Part shown: positions 44,801 through 57,500 of the stretch, piece after piece | How the letters are laid out: every line of letters starts with the position of its first letter | Position numbering within the stretch: the stretch's first letter is position 1 | Origin: Balanoglossus misakiensis | Taxonomy: Eukaryota > Animalia > Hemichordata | Length of the DNA stretch: 64,000 nucleotides | Direction: 5' to 3' | Assembly (NCBI GenBank): GCA_040954595.2 | Contig: CM082585.2 | Location: forward strand, 1,828,902 to 1,892,901 | Program-made: the position numbers and the translations under genes | The notes under the pieces: generated by a model | Seen by the model: the letters and a program-made list of their open reading frames with translations, nothing else | Told to the model about the DNA's origin: nothing | The model's database searches: none

Positions 44801-45407
44801 TGGTGTTGAACCGCATCGATTTCATTGGTACGTTACCTGCTTTGCTCTGCGCTGCTGTGTATAAACCGGACTGTGCCAGGAGTTGGTTCGGTTGGAGGTC
44901 TTCACCGCCGCCAGCGGCCCCTGTCGCTGGTAGCCACGGACTGCCTGATGGTAACGACCACTGCAATTGTGAGTCTTCTTTCGCCATCCTCTTGAGATCG
45001 GGTAGCGTGAGTTGACTCAGGTCGTGACTTCTGGGACTTCCGCTCGAAGCGGCTGGCGGGCTGCGTCGTTCCTTCTCCAGTTTCATTTCTTTTAGTTGTT
45101 TTCTTAAATTGTCTACTTCAGATTGCTCCTGCAGTCTCGCTATCTCCGCCTGCAACTTCTCTTTCTCTGACCTCACATCTTCCCCGTCAGATGAAGTGTC
45201 TTCTTCCTTGACAGGTTTGCTACATTTCCCGCCTTTCGAACGAGCTGACGCCATTGGTACTTTGGAAAGTTTGGTGGGGGGGACCACGCGCACTTTTCGA
45301 CCGGTCGATGCTCTTGTCGTAGTCTTACTGCGAGTTGCAGGTCCCTTTTTGGCGACTGGACTGGGCTCTATTCCCAAATCCAGCAGCTGTTGTTCAGCGT
45401 TCTCCAT
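41840..45407 (-). pseudogene. Fused Gag-linker-RT-RNase H (unit 3), frameshifted in RNase H
   Basis: 1059-aa ORF runs from gag through YLDD without a stop. C7 versus C6 at 42266-42272 shifts the RNase H frame; a 6-bp deletion (HIYLN>HLN) lies near 42410. Confidence 0.88.
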
Positions 45408-45424
45408 AATAACGGTGAGAAATT

Positions 45425-45588
45425 GAAATTGAGGCAGAGAGAGCGAGCACTGCAGGACACGCTCCGAACCCTTGAAGTGGCCGTGAGTGATGGATTATGG
45501 GATTTTTGAGGCTCGTTTGAGGTTGAGGGCGCCCCTTTTCGAGTTGCTTAATTGGGTAACATTATGCCGTTGATCGCAATGTTACCTA
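45425..45588 (-). repeat. Split direct repeat A1 (element 5' end) with terminal 9-bp inverted repeat
   Basis: 164 bp matching A2; ggtaacatt (45555-45563) / aatgttacc (45578-45586). Confidence 0.92.
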
Positions 45589-48500
45589 CATGATTTTTTT
45601 TTAAATGGACGAAAATCGACGAAATTGTGAGATTTTGCAAAGTCAAAAATTTGTCATTTTTTGATGATTTTCACCCATGTTTTTTTTTAAAAAATCGACG
45701 AACCTATGATTTTTTTCAAAATCGACGAAATTTTGAGATTTTGCAAAGTCGAAAATTTTGTCATTTTTTGATGATTTTCACCCATGATTTTTTCAAAAAT
45801 CGACGAAATGTTGAGACTTTGCAAAGTCGAAAATTTGTCATTTTTTGATGATTTTCACCCATGATTTTTTTCAAAAATCGACGAAATGTTGAGATTTTGC
45901 AAAGTCGAAAATTTGTCATTTTTTGATGATTTTCACCCATGATTTTTTTCAAAAATCGACGAAATGTTGAGATTTTGCAAAGTCGAAAATTTGTCACTTT
46001 TTGATGATTTTCTCCCATGATTTTTTTTCAAAAATCGACGAAAATTTGAGATTTTGCAAAGACGAAAATTTGTCATTTTTGATTATTTTTACCCATGATT
46101 TTTATTCAAAAATGGACGAAATTTTGAGATTTTGCAAAGACGAAAATTTGTCATTTTTTGATGATTTTCACCCATGATTTTTTTTCAAAAATCGACGAAA
46201 TTTTGAGATTTTGCAAAGTCGAAAATTTGTCATTTTTTGATGATTTTCCCCCATGTTTTTTTTTTAAAATGGACGAAATTTTGAGATTTTGCAAAGACGA
46301 AAATTTGTCATTTTTTGATGATTTTTACCCATGATTTTTTTTCAAAAATGGACGAAATTTTGAGATTTTGCAAAGTCGAAAATTTGTCATTTTTTGATGA
46401 TTTTCACCCATATTATTTTTCAAAAACCGACGAAATTTTGAGATTTAGCAAAGACGAAAATTTGTCATTTTTTGATGATTTTTACCCATGAATTTTTCAA
46501 ATATTGACGAAATTTTGAGATTTTGCAAAGTCGAAAATTTGTCATTTTTTGATGATTTTTTTCAAAAATCGACGAAATTTTAAGATTTTGCAAAGTCGAA
46601 AATTTGTCATTTTTTGATGATTTTCACCCATATTATTTTTCAAAAACCGACGAAATTTTGAGATATAGCAAAGACGAAAATTTGTCATTTTTGATGATTT
46701 TTACCCATGATTTTTATTCAAAAATGGACGAAATTTTGAGATTTTGCAAAGACGAAAATTTGTCATTTTTTGATGATTTTCACCCATGATTTTTTTTCAA
46801 AAATCGACGAAATTTTGAGATTTTGCAAAGTCGAAAATTTGTCATTTTTTGATGATTTTGCCCCATGTTTTTTTTTTAAAATGGACGAAATTTTGAGATT
46901 TTGCAAAGACGAAAATTTGTCATTTTTTGATGATTTTCACCCATGATTTTTTTTCAAAAATCGACGAAATTTTGAGATTTTGCAAAGTCGAAAATTTGTC
47001 ATTTTTTGATGATTTTCCCCCATGTTTTTTTTTTTAAATGGACGAAATTTTGAGATTTTGCAAAGTCGAAAATTTGCCATTTTTTGATGATTTTCACTCA
47101 TATTATTTTTCAAAAATCGACGAAATTTTTAGATTTTGCAAAGTCGAAAATGTGTCATTTTTTGATGATTTTCACCCATGATTTGTTTCAAAAATCGACG
47201 AAATTTTAAGATTTTGCAAAGACGAAAATTTGTCATTTTTTGATGATTTTTACCCATGATTTTTTTTCAAAAATCGACGAAATTTTGAGATTTTGCATAA
47301 TCGAAAATGTGTCATTTTTTGATGATTTTCACCCATGATTTTTTTTCAAAAATCGACGAAAATTTGAGATTTTGCAAAGACGAAAATTTGTCATTTTTGA
47401 TGATTTTTACCCATGATTTTTATTCAAAAATGGACGAAATTTTGAGATTTTGCAAAGACGAAAATTTGTCTTTTTTTGATGATTTTCACCCATGATTTTT
47501 TTTCAAAAATCGACGAAATTTTGAGATTTTGCAAAGTCGAAAATTTGTCATTTTTTGATGATTTTGCCCCATGTTTTTTTTTTAAAATGGACGAAATTTT
47601 GAGATTTTGCAAAGACGAAAATTTGTCATTTTTTGATGATTTTCACCCATGATTTTTTTTCAAAAATCGACGAAATTTTGAGATTTTGCAAAGTCGAAAA
47701 TTTGTCATTTTTTGATGATTTTCACCCATGTTTTTTTTTTTAAATGGACGAAATTTTGAGATTTTGCAAAGACGAAAATTTGTCATTTTTTGATGATTTT
47801 CCCCCATGTTTTTTTTTTAAATGGACGAAATTTTGAGATTTTGCAAAGACGAAAATTTGTCATTTTTTGATGATTTTTACCCATGATTTTTTTTCAAAAA
47901 TGGACGAAATTTTGAGATTTTGCAAAGTCGAAAATTTGTCATTTTTTGATGATTTTCACCCATATTATTTTTCAAAAACCGACGAAATTTTGAGATTTAG
48001 CAAAGACGAAAATTTGTCATTTTTTGATGATTTTTACCCCTGATTTTTTCAAAAATTGACGAAATTTTGAGATTTTGCGAAGTCGAAAATTTGTCATTTT
48101 TTGATGATTTTCACTTATGATTTTTTTCAAAAATCGACAAAATTTTGAGATTTTGCAAAGTCGAAAATTTGTCATTTTTTGATGATTTTCACCCATGATT
48201 TTTTTCAAAAATCGACGAAATTTTGAGATTTTGCAAAGTCGAAAATTTGTCATTTTTTGATGATTTTCACCCATGATTTTTCTCAAAAATCGACGAAATT
48301 TTAAGATTTTGCAAAGTCGAAAATGTGTCATTTTTTGATGATTTTCACCCATGATTTTTTTTAAAAAATCGACGAAATTTTAAGATTTTGCAAAGTCGAA
48401 AATTTGTCATTTTTTGATGATTTTCACCCATGTTTTTTTTTAAAAATCGACGAACCTATGATTTTTTTCAAAATCGACGAAATTGTGTGATTTTGCAAAG

Positions 48501-51500
48501 TCGAAAATTTTGTCATTTTTTGATGATTTTCAACCATGATTTTTTTTCAAAAATCGACGAAATTTTGAGATTTTGCACAGTCGAAAATTTGTCATTTTTT
48601 GATGATTTTCACCCATGATTTTTTTCAAAAATCGACGAAATGTTGAGATTTTGCAAAGTCGAAAATTTGTCATTTTTTGATGATTTTCTCCCATGATTTT
48701 TTTCAAAAATCGACGAAATTGTGAGATTTTGCAAAGTCGAAAATTTGTCATTTTTTGATGATTTTCACCCGTTTTTTTTTTTAAATCGACGAACCTATGA
48801 TTTTTTTCAAAATCGACGAAATTTTGAGATTTTGCAAAGTCGAAAATTTGTCATTTTTTGATGATTTTCACCCATGATTTTTTTCAAAAATCGACGAAAT
48901 TGTGAGATTTTGCAAAGTCGAAAATTTGTCATTTTTTGATGATTTTCACCCATGTTTTTTTTTTTTAAATCGACGAACCTATGATTTTTTTCAAAATCGA
49001 CGAAATTTTGAGATTTTGCAAAGTCGAAAATTTGTCATTTTTTGATGATTTTCACCCATGATTTTTTTCAAAAATCGACGAAATGTTGAGATTTTGCAAA
49101 GTCGATAATTTTGTCATTTTTTGATGATTTTCAACCATATTATTTTTCAAAAACCGACGAAATTTTGAGATTTTGCATAGACGAAAATTTGTCATTTTTT
49201 GATGATTTTCACCCATGATTTTTTCAAAAATTGACGAAATTTTGAGATTTTGCAAAGTCGAAAATTTGTCATTTTTTAATGATTTTCACCCATGATTTTT
49301 TTCAAAAATCGACGAAATGTTGAGATTTTGCAAAGTCGAAAATTTGTAATTTTTTGATGATTTTCACCCATGATTTTTTTCAAAAATCGACGAAATGTTG
49401 AGATTTTGCAAAGTCGAAAATTTGTAATTTTTTGATGATTTTCACCCATGATTTTTTTCAAAAATCGACGAAATTGTGAGATTTTGCAAAGTCGATAATT
49501 TGTCATTTTTTGATGATTTTCCCCCAATGTTTTTTTTCAAAATCGACGAAATTTTGAGATTTTGCAAAGTCGAAAATTTTCTCATTTTTTGATGATTTTC
49601 CCCCATGTTTTTTTTTTAAAATGGACGAAATTTTGAGATTTTGCAAAGTCGAAAATTTGTCATTTTTTGATGATTTTCACCCATGATTTTTTTCAAAAAT
49701 CGACGAAATGTTGATATTTTGCAAAGTCGAAAATTTGTAATTTTTTGATGATTTTCACCCATGATTTTTTTTCAAAAATCGACGAAATTGTGAGATTTTG
49801 CAAAGTCGATAATTTTGTCATTTTTTGATGATTTTCAACCATATTATTTTTCAAAAACCGACGAAATTTTGAGATTTTGCATAGACGAAAATTTGTCATT
49901 TTTTGATGATTTTCACCCATGATTTTTTTCAAAAATCGATGAAATGTTGAGATTTTGCAAAGTCGAAAATTTGTCATTTTTTGATGATTTTCCCCCATGT
50001 TTTTTTTTTAAAATGGACGAAATTTTGAGATTTTGCAAAGTCGATAATTTGTCATTTTTTGATGATTTTCCCCCAATGGTTTTTTTCAAAATCGACGAAA
50101 TTTTGAGATTTTGCAAAGTCGATAATTTGTCATTTTTTGATGATTATCACCCATGATTTTTTTCAAAAATCGACGAAATTTTTAGATTTTGCAAAGTCGA
50201 AAATGTGTCATTTTTTGATGATTTTCACCCATGATTTTTATTCAAAAATGGACGAAATTTTGAGATTTTGCAAAGACGAAAATTTGTCATTTTTTGATGA
50301 TTTTCAACCATGATTTTTTTTCAAAAATCGATGAAATGTTGAGATTTTGCAAAGTCGAAAATTTGTCATTTTTTGATGATTTTCACCCATGATTTTTTTC
50401 AAAAATTGACGAAATTTTGAGATTTTGAAAGGTCGAAAATTTGTCATTTTTTGATGATTTTCACCCATGATTTTTTTCAAAAATTGACGAAATTTTGAGA
50501 TTTTGCAAAGTCGAAAATTTGTCATTTTTTGATGATTTTCACCCATGATTTTTTTAAAAAATCGACGAAATGTTGAGATTTTGCAAAGTCGTAAATTTGT
50601 AATTTTTTGATGATTTTCACCCATGATTTTTTTCAAAAATCGACGAAATTGTGAGATTTTGCAAAGTCGATAATTTGTCATTTTTTGATGATTTTCACCC
50701 ATGATTTTTTTCAAAAATCGACGAAATGTTGAGATTTTGCAAAGTCGAAAATTTGTCATTTTTTGATGATTTTCACCCATGTTTTTTTTTTAAATCGACG
50801 AACCTATGATTTTTTTCAAAATCGACGAAATTTTGAGATTTTGCAAAGTCGAAAATTTTCTCATTTTTTGATGATTTTCCCCAATGTTTTTTTTTTAAAA
50901 TGGACGAAATTTTGAGATTTTGCAAAGTCGAAAATTTGTCATTTTTTGATGATTTTCACCCATGATTTTTTTCAAAAATCGACGAAATGTTGAGATTTTG
51001 CAAAGTCGAAAATTTGTCATTTTTTGATGATTTTCACCCATATTATTTTTCAAAAACCGACGAAATTTTGAGATTTAGCAAAGACGAAAATTTGTCATTT
51101 TTTGATGATTTTTACCCCTGATTTTTTCAAAAATTGACGAAATTTTGAGATTTTGCGAAGTCGAAAATTTGTCATTTTTTGATGATTTTCACCCATGATT
51201 TTTTTCAAAAATCGACGAAATTTTGAGATTTTGCAAAGTCGAAAATTTGTCATTTTTTGATGATTTTCACCCATGTTTTTTTTTAGAAATCGACGAACCT
51301 ATGATTTTTTTCAAAATCGACGAAATTTTGTGATTTTACAAAGTCGAAAATTTTGTCATTTTTTGATGATTTTCAACCATGATTTTTTTCAAAAATCGAC
51401 GAAATTTTTAGATTTTGCAAAGTCGAAAATGTGTCATTTTTTGATGATTTTCACCCATGATTTTTATTCAAAAATGGACGAAATTTTGAGATTTTGCAAA

Positions 51501-54500
51501 GACGAAAATTTGTCATTTTTTGATGATTTACACCCATGATTTTTTTTCAAAAATCGACGAAATTTTGAGATTTTGCAAAGTCGAAAATTTGTCATTTTTT
51601 GATGATTTTCACCCATGATTTTTTTCAAAAATCGACGAAATGTTGAGATTTTGCAAAGTCGAAAATTTGTCATTTTTTGATGATTTTCTCCCATGATTTT
51701 TTTCAAAAATCGACGAAATTGTGAGATTTTGCAAAGTCGAAAATTTGTCATTTTTTGATGATTTTCACCCATGTTTTTTTTTTAAATCGACGAACCTATG
51801 ATTTTTTTCAAAATCGACGAAATTTTGAGATTTTGCAAAGTCGAAAATTTTCTCATTTTTTGATGATTTTCCCCCATGTTTTTTTTTTAAAATGGACGAA
51901 ATTTTGAGATTTTGCAAAGTCGAAAATTTGTCATTTTTTGATGATTTTCACCCATGATTTTTTTTCAAAAATCGACGAAATTGTGAGATTTTGCAAAGTC
52001 GATAATTTTGTCATTTTTTGATGATTTTCAACCATATTATTTTTCAAAAACCGACGAAATTTTGAGATTTTGCAAAGACGAAAATTTGTCATTTTTTGAT
52101 GATTTTCACCCATGATTTTTTCAAAAATTGACGAAATGTTGAGATTTTGCAAAGTCGAAAATTTGTAATTTTTTGATGATTTTCACCCATGATTTTTTTC
52201 AAAAATCGACGAAATTGTGAGATTTTGCAAAGTCGAAAATTTGTCATTTTTTGATGATTTTCACCCATGATTTTTTTCAAGAATCGACGAAATGTTGAGA
52301 TTTTGCAAAGTCGAAAATTTGTCATTTTTTGATGATTTTCTCCCATGATTTTTTTCAAAAATCGACGAAATTGTGAGATTTTGCAAAGTCGAAAATTTGT
52401 CATTTTTTGATGATTTTCACCCATGTTTTTTTTTTTAAATCGACGAACCTATGATTTTTTTCAAAATCGACGAAATTTTGAGATTTTGCAAAGTCGAAAA
52501 TTTTCTCATTTTTTGATGATTTTCCCCCATGTTTTTTTTTTAAAATGGACGAAATTTTGAGATTTTGCAAAGTCGAAAATTTGTCATTTTTTGATGATTT
52601 TCACCCATGATTTTTTTCAAAAATCGACGAAATGTTGAGATTTTGCAAAGTCGAAAATTTGTCATTTTTTGATGATTTTCACCCATATTATTTTTCAAAA
52701 ACCGACGAAATTTTGAGATTTAGCAAAGACGAAAATTTGTCATTTTTTGATGATTTTTACCCCTGATTTTTTCAAAAATTGACGAAATTTTGAGATTTTG
52801 CGAAGTCGAAAATTTGTCATTTTTTGATGATTTTCACCCATGATTTTTTTCAAAAATCGACGAAATTTTGAGATTTTGCAAAGTCGAAAATTTGTCATTT
52901 TTTGATGATTTTCACCAATGTTTTTTTTTAGAAATCGACGAACCTATGATTTTTTTCAAAATCGACGAAATTTTGTGATTTTACAAAGTCGAAAATTTTG
53001 TCATTTTTTGATGATTTTCAACCATGATTTTTTTCAAAAATCGACGAAATTTTTAGATTTTGCAAAGTCGAAAATGTGTCATTTTTTGATGATTTTCACC
53101 CATGATTTTTATTCAAAAATGGACGAAATTTTGAGATTTTGCAAAGACGAAAATTTGTCATTTTTTGATGATTTACACCCATGATTTTTTTTCAAAAATC
53201 GACGAAATTTTGAGATTTTGCAAAGTCGAAAATTTGTCATTTTTTGATGATTTTCACCCATGATTTTTTTCAAAAATCGACGAAATGTTGAGATTTTGCA
53301 AAGTCGAAAATTTGTCATTTTTTGATGATTTTCTCCCATGATTTTTTTCAAAAATCGACGAAATTGTGAGATTTTGCAAAGTCGAAAATTTGTCATTTTT
53401 TGATGATTTTCACCCATGTTTTTTTTTTAAATCGACGAACCTATGATTTTTTTCAAAATCGACGAAATTTTGAGATTTTGCACAGTCGAAAATATTCTCA
53501 TTTTTTGATGATTTTCCCCCATGTTTTTTTTTTAAAATGGACGAAATTTTGAGATTTTGCAAAGTCGAAAATTTGTCATTTTTTGATGATTTTCACCCAT
53601 GATTTTTTTCAAAAATCGACGAAATGTTGAGATTTTGCAAAGTCGAAAATTTGTAATTTTTTGATGATTTTCACCCATGATTTTTTTTCAAAAATCGACG
53701 AAATTGTGAGATTTTGCAAAGTCGATAATTTTGTCATTTTTTGATGATTTTCAACCATATTATTTTTCAAAAACTGACGAAATTTTGAGATTTTGCAAAG
53801 ACGAAAATTTGTCATTTTTTGATGATTTTCACCCATGATTTTTTCAAAAATTGACGAAATTTTGAGATTTTGCAAAGTCGAAAATTTGTCATTTTTTGAT
53901 GATTTTCACCCGTGATTTTTTTCAAAAATCGACGAAATGTTGAGATTTTGCAAAGTCGAAAATTTGTAATTTTTTGATGATTTTCACCCATGATTTTTTT
54001 CAAAAATCGACGAAATTGTGAGATTTTGCAAAGTCGAAAATTTGTCATTTTTTGATGATTTTCACCCATGATTTTTTTCAAAAATCGACGAAATGTTGAG
54101 ATTTTGCAAAGTCGAAAATTTGTAATTTTTTGATGATTTTCACCCATGATTTTTTTCAAAAATCGACGAAATTGTGAGATTGTGCAAAGTCGATAATTTG
54201 TCATTTTTTGATGATTTTCCCCCAATGTTTTTTTTCAAAATCGACGAAATTTTGAGATTTTGCAAAGTCGAAAATTTGTCATTTTTTGATGATTTTCCCC
54301 CATGTTTTTTTTTTAAAATGGACGAAATTTTGAGATTTTGCAAAGTCGATAATTTGTCATTTTTTGATGATTTTCCCCCAATGGTTTTTTTCAAAATCGA
54401 CGAAATTTTGAGATTTTGCAAAGTCGATAATTTGTCATTTTTTGATGATTTTCACCCATGATTTTTTTCAAAAATCGACGAAATTGTGAGATTTTGCAAA

Positions 54501-57500
54501 GTCGAAAATTTGTCATTTTTTGATGATTTTCACCCATATTATTTTTCAAAAACCGACGAAATATTGAGATTTAGCAAAGACGAAAATTTGTCATTTTTTG
54601 ATGATTTTTACCCCTGATTTTTTCAAAAATTGACGAAATTTTGAGATTTTGCGAAGTCGAAAATTTGTCATTTTTTGATGATTTTCACCCATGATTTTTT
54701 TTCAAAAATCGACGAAATTTTGAGATTTTGCAAAGTCGAAAATTTGTCATTTTTTGATGATTTTCACCCATGTTTTTTTTTAGAAATCGACGAACCTATG
54801 ATTTTTTTCAAAATCGACGAAATTTTGTGATTTTACAAAGTCGAAAATTTTGTCATTTTTTGATGATTTTCAACCATGATTTTTTTCAAAAATCGACGAA
54901 ATTTTTAGATTTTGCAAAGTCGAAAATGTGTCATTTTTTGATGATTTTCACCCATGATTTTTATTCAAAAATGGACGAAATTTTGAGATTTTGCAAAGAC
55001 GAAAATTTGTCATTTTTTGATGATTTTCACCCATGATTTTTTTCAAAAATCGACAAAATTTTTAGATTTTGCAAAGTCGAAAATTTGTAATTTTTTGATG
55101 ATTTTTACCCATGATTTTTTTTTTCAAAAATCGACGAAATTTTGAGATTTTGCAAAGACGAAAATTTGTAATTTTTTGATGATTTTCACCCATGACTTTT
55201 TTTCAAAAATTTACGAAATTTTGAGATTTTGCAAAGTCGAAAATTTGTCATTTTTTGATGATTTTCACCCATGTTTTTTTTTTAAATCGACGAACCTATG
55301 ATTTTTTTCAAAATCGACGAAATTTTGAGATTTTGCAAAGTCGAAAATTTTCTCATTTTTTGATGATTTTCCCCCATGTTTTTTTTTTAAAATGGACGAA
55401 ATTTTGAGATTTTGCAAAGTCGAAAATTTGTCATTTTTTGATGATTTTCACCCATGATTTTTTTTCAAAAATCGACGAAATTGTGAGATTTTGCAAAGTC
55501 GATAATTTTGTCATTTTTTGATGATTTTCAACCATATTATTTTTCAAAAACCGACGAAATTTTGAGATTTTGCAAAGACGAAAATTTGTCATTTTTTGAT
55601 GATTTTCACCCATGATTTTTTCAAAAATTGACGAAATGTTGAGATTTTGCAAAGTCGAAAATTTGTAATTTTTTGATGATTTTCACCCATGATTTTTTTC
55701 AAAAATCGACGAAATTGTGAGATTTTGCAAAGTCGAAAATTTGTCATTTTTTGATGATTTTCTCCCATGATTTTTTTCAAAAATCGACGAAATTGTGAGA
55801 TTTTGCAAAGTCGAAAATTTGTCATTTTTTGATGATTTTCACCCATGTTTTTTTTTTTAAATCGACGAACCTATGATTTTTTTCAAAATCGACGAAATTT
55901 TGAGATTTTGCAAAGTCGAAAATTTTCTCATTTTTTGATGATTTTCCCCCATGTTTTTTTTTTTAAATGGACGAAATTTTGAGATTTTGCAAAGTCGAAA
56001 ATTTGTCATTTTTTGATGATTTTCACCCATGATTTTTTTCAAAAATCGACGAAATGTTGAGATTTTGCAAAGTCGAAAATTTGTCATTTTTTGATGATTT
56101 TCACCCATATTATTTTTCAAAAACCGACGAAATTTTGAGATTTAGCAAAGACGAAAATTTGTCATTTTTTGATGATTTTTACCCCTGATTTTTTCAAAAA
56201 TTGACGAAATTTTGAGATTTTGCGAAGTCGAAAATTTGTCATTTTTTGATGATTTTCACCCATGATTTTTTTCAAAAATCGACGAAATTTTGAGATTTTG
56301 CAAAGTCGAAAATTTGTCATTTTTTGATGATTTTCACCAATGTTTTTTTTTAGAAATCGACGAACCTATGATTTTTTTCAAAATCGACGAAATTTTGTGA
56401 TTTTACAAAGTCGAAAATTTTGTCATTTTTTGATGATTTTCAACCATGATTTTTTTCAAAAATCGACGAAATTTTTAGATTTTGCAAAGTCGAAAATGTG
56501 TCATTTTTTGATGATTTTCACCCATGATTTTTATTCAAAAATGGACGAAATTTTGAGATTTTGCAAAGACGAAAATTTGTCATTTTTTGATGATTTACAC
56601 CCATGATTTTTTTTCAAAAATCGACGAAATTTTGAGATTTTGCAAAGTCGAAAATTTGTCATTTTTTGATGATTTTCACCCATGATTTTTTTCAAAAACG
56701 ACGAAATGTTGAGATTTTGCAAAGTCGAAAATTTGTCATTTTTTGATGATTTTCTCCCATGATTTTTTTCAAAAATCGACGAAATTGTGAGATTTTGCAA
56801 AGTCGAAAATTTGTCATTTTTTGATGATTTTCACCCATGTTTTTTTTTTAAATCGACGAACCTATGATTTTTTTCAAAATCGACGAAATTTTGAGATTTT
56901 GCAAAGTCGAAAATATTCTCATTTTTTGATGATTTTCCCCCATGTTTTTTTTTTAAAATGGACGAAATTTTGAGATTTTGCAAAGTCGAAAATTTGTCAT
57001 TTTTTGATGATTTTCACCCATGATTTTTTTCAAAAATCGACGAAATGTTGAGATTTTGCAAAGTCGAAAATTTGTAATTTTTTGATGATTTTCACCCATG
57101 ATTTTTTTTCAAAAATCGACGAAATTGTGAGATTTTGCAAAGTCGATAATTTTGTCATTTTTTGATGATTTTCAACCATATTATTTTTCAAAAACTGACG
57201 AAATTTTGAGATTTTGCAAAGACGAAAATTTGTCATTTTTTGATGATTTTCACCCATGATTTTTTCAAAAATTGACGAAATTTTGAGATTTTGCAAAGTC
57301 GAAAATTTGTCATTTTTTGATGATTTTCACCCGTGATTTTTTTCAAAAATCGACGAAATGTTGAGATTTTGCAAAGTCGAAAATTTGTAATTTTTTGATG
57401 ATTTTCACCCATGATTTTTTTCAAAAATCGACGAAATTGTGAGATTTTGCAAAGTCGAAAATTTGTCATTTTTTGATGATTTTCACCCATGATTTTTTTC

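Larger units (their letters stand above)
28206..45588 (-). mobile_element. Tandem triple array of a Ngaro-type DIRS-order tyrosine-recombinase retrotransposon; sense order A-ORFs-B-A-ORFs-B-A-ORFs-B1-A2-spacer-B2
   Basis: gag, RT-RNaseH and YR on one strand; no methyltransferase domain after RNase H; split direct repeats. Removing the insert restores satellite ttttcccc|catgatttt with no target-site duplication. Confidence 0.94.
40672..45588 (-). mobile_element. Ngaro unit 3 (4917 bp; single copy of the 734-bp segment)
   Basis: From the A|B junction at 40671/40672 to the element 5' end at 45588. Confidence 0.92.

Noticed and set aside
28206-45588. LTR retrotransposon, DIRS1-type element with ITRs, or prophage/integron integrase
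   Set aside because: No DDE integrase, protease, TSD, inverted termini or methyltransferase domain; split direct repeats plus RT-RH-YR fit Ngaro.
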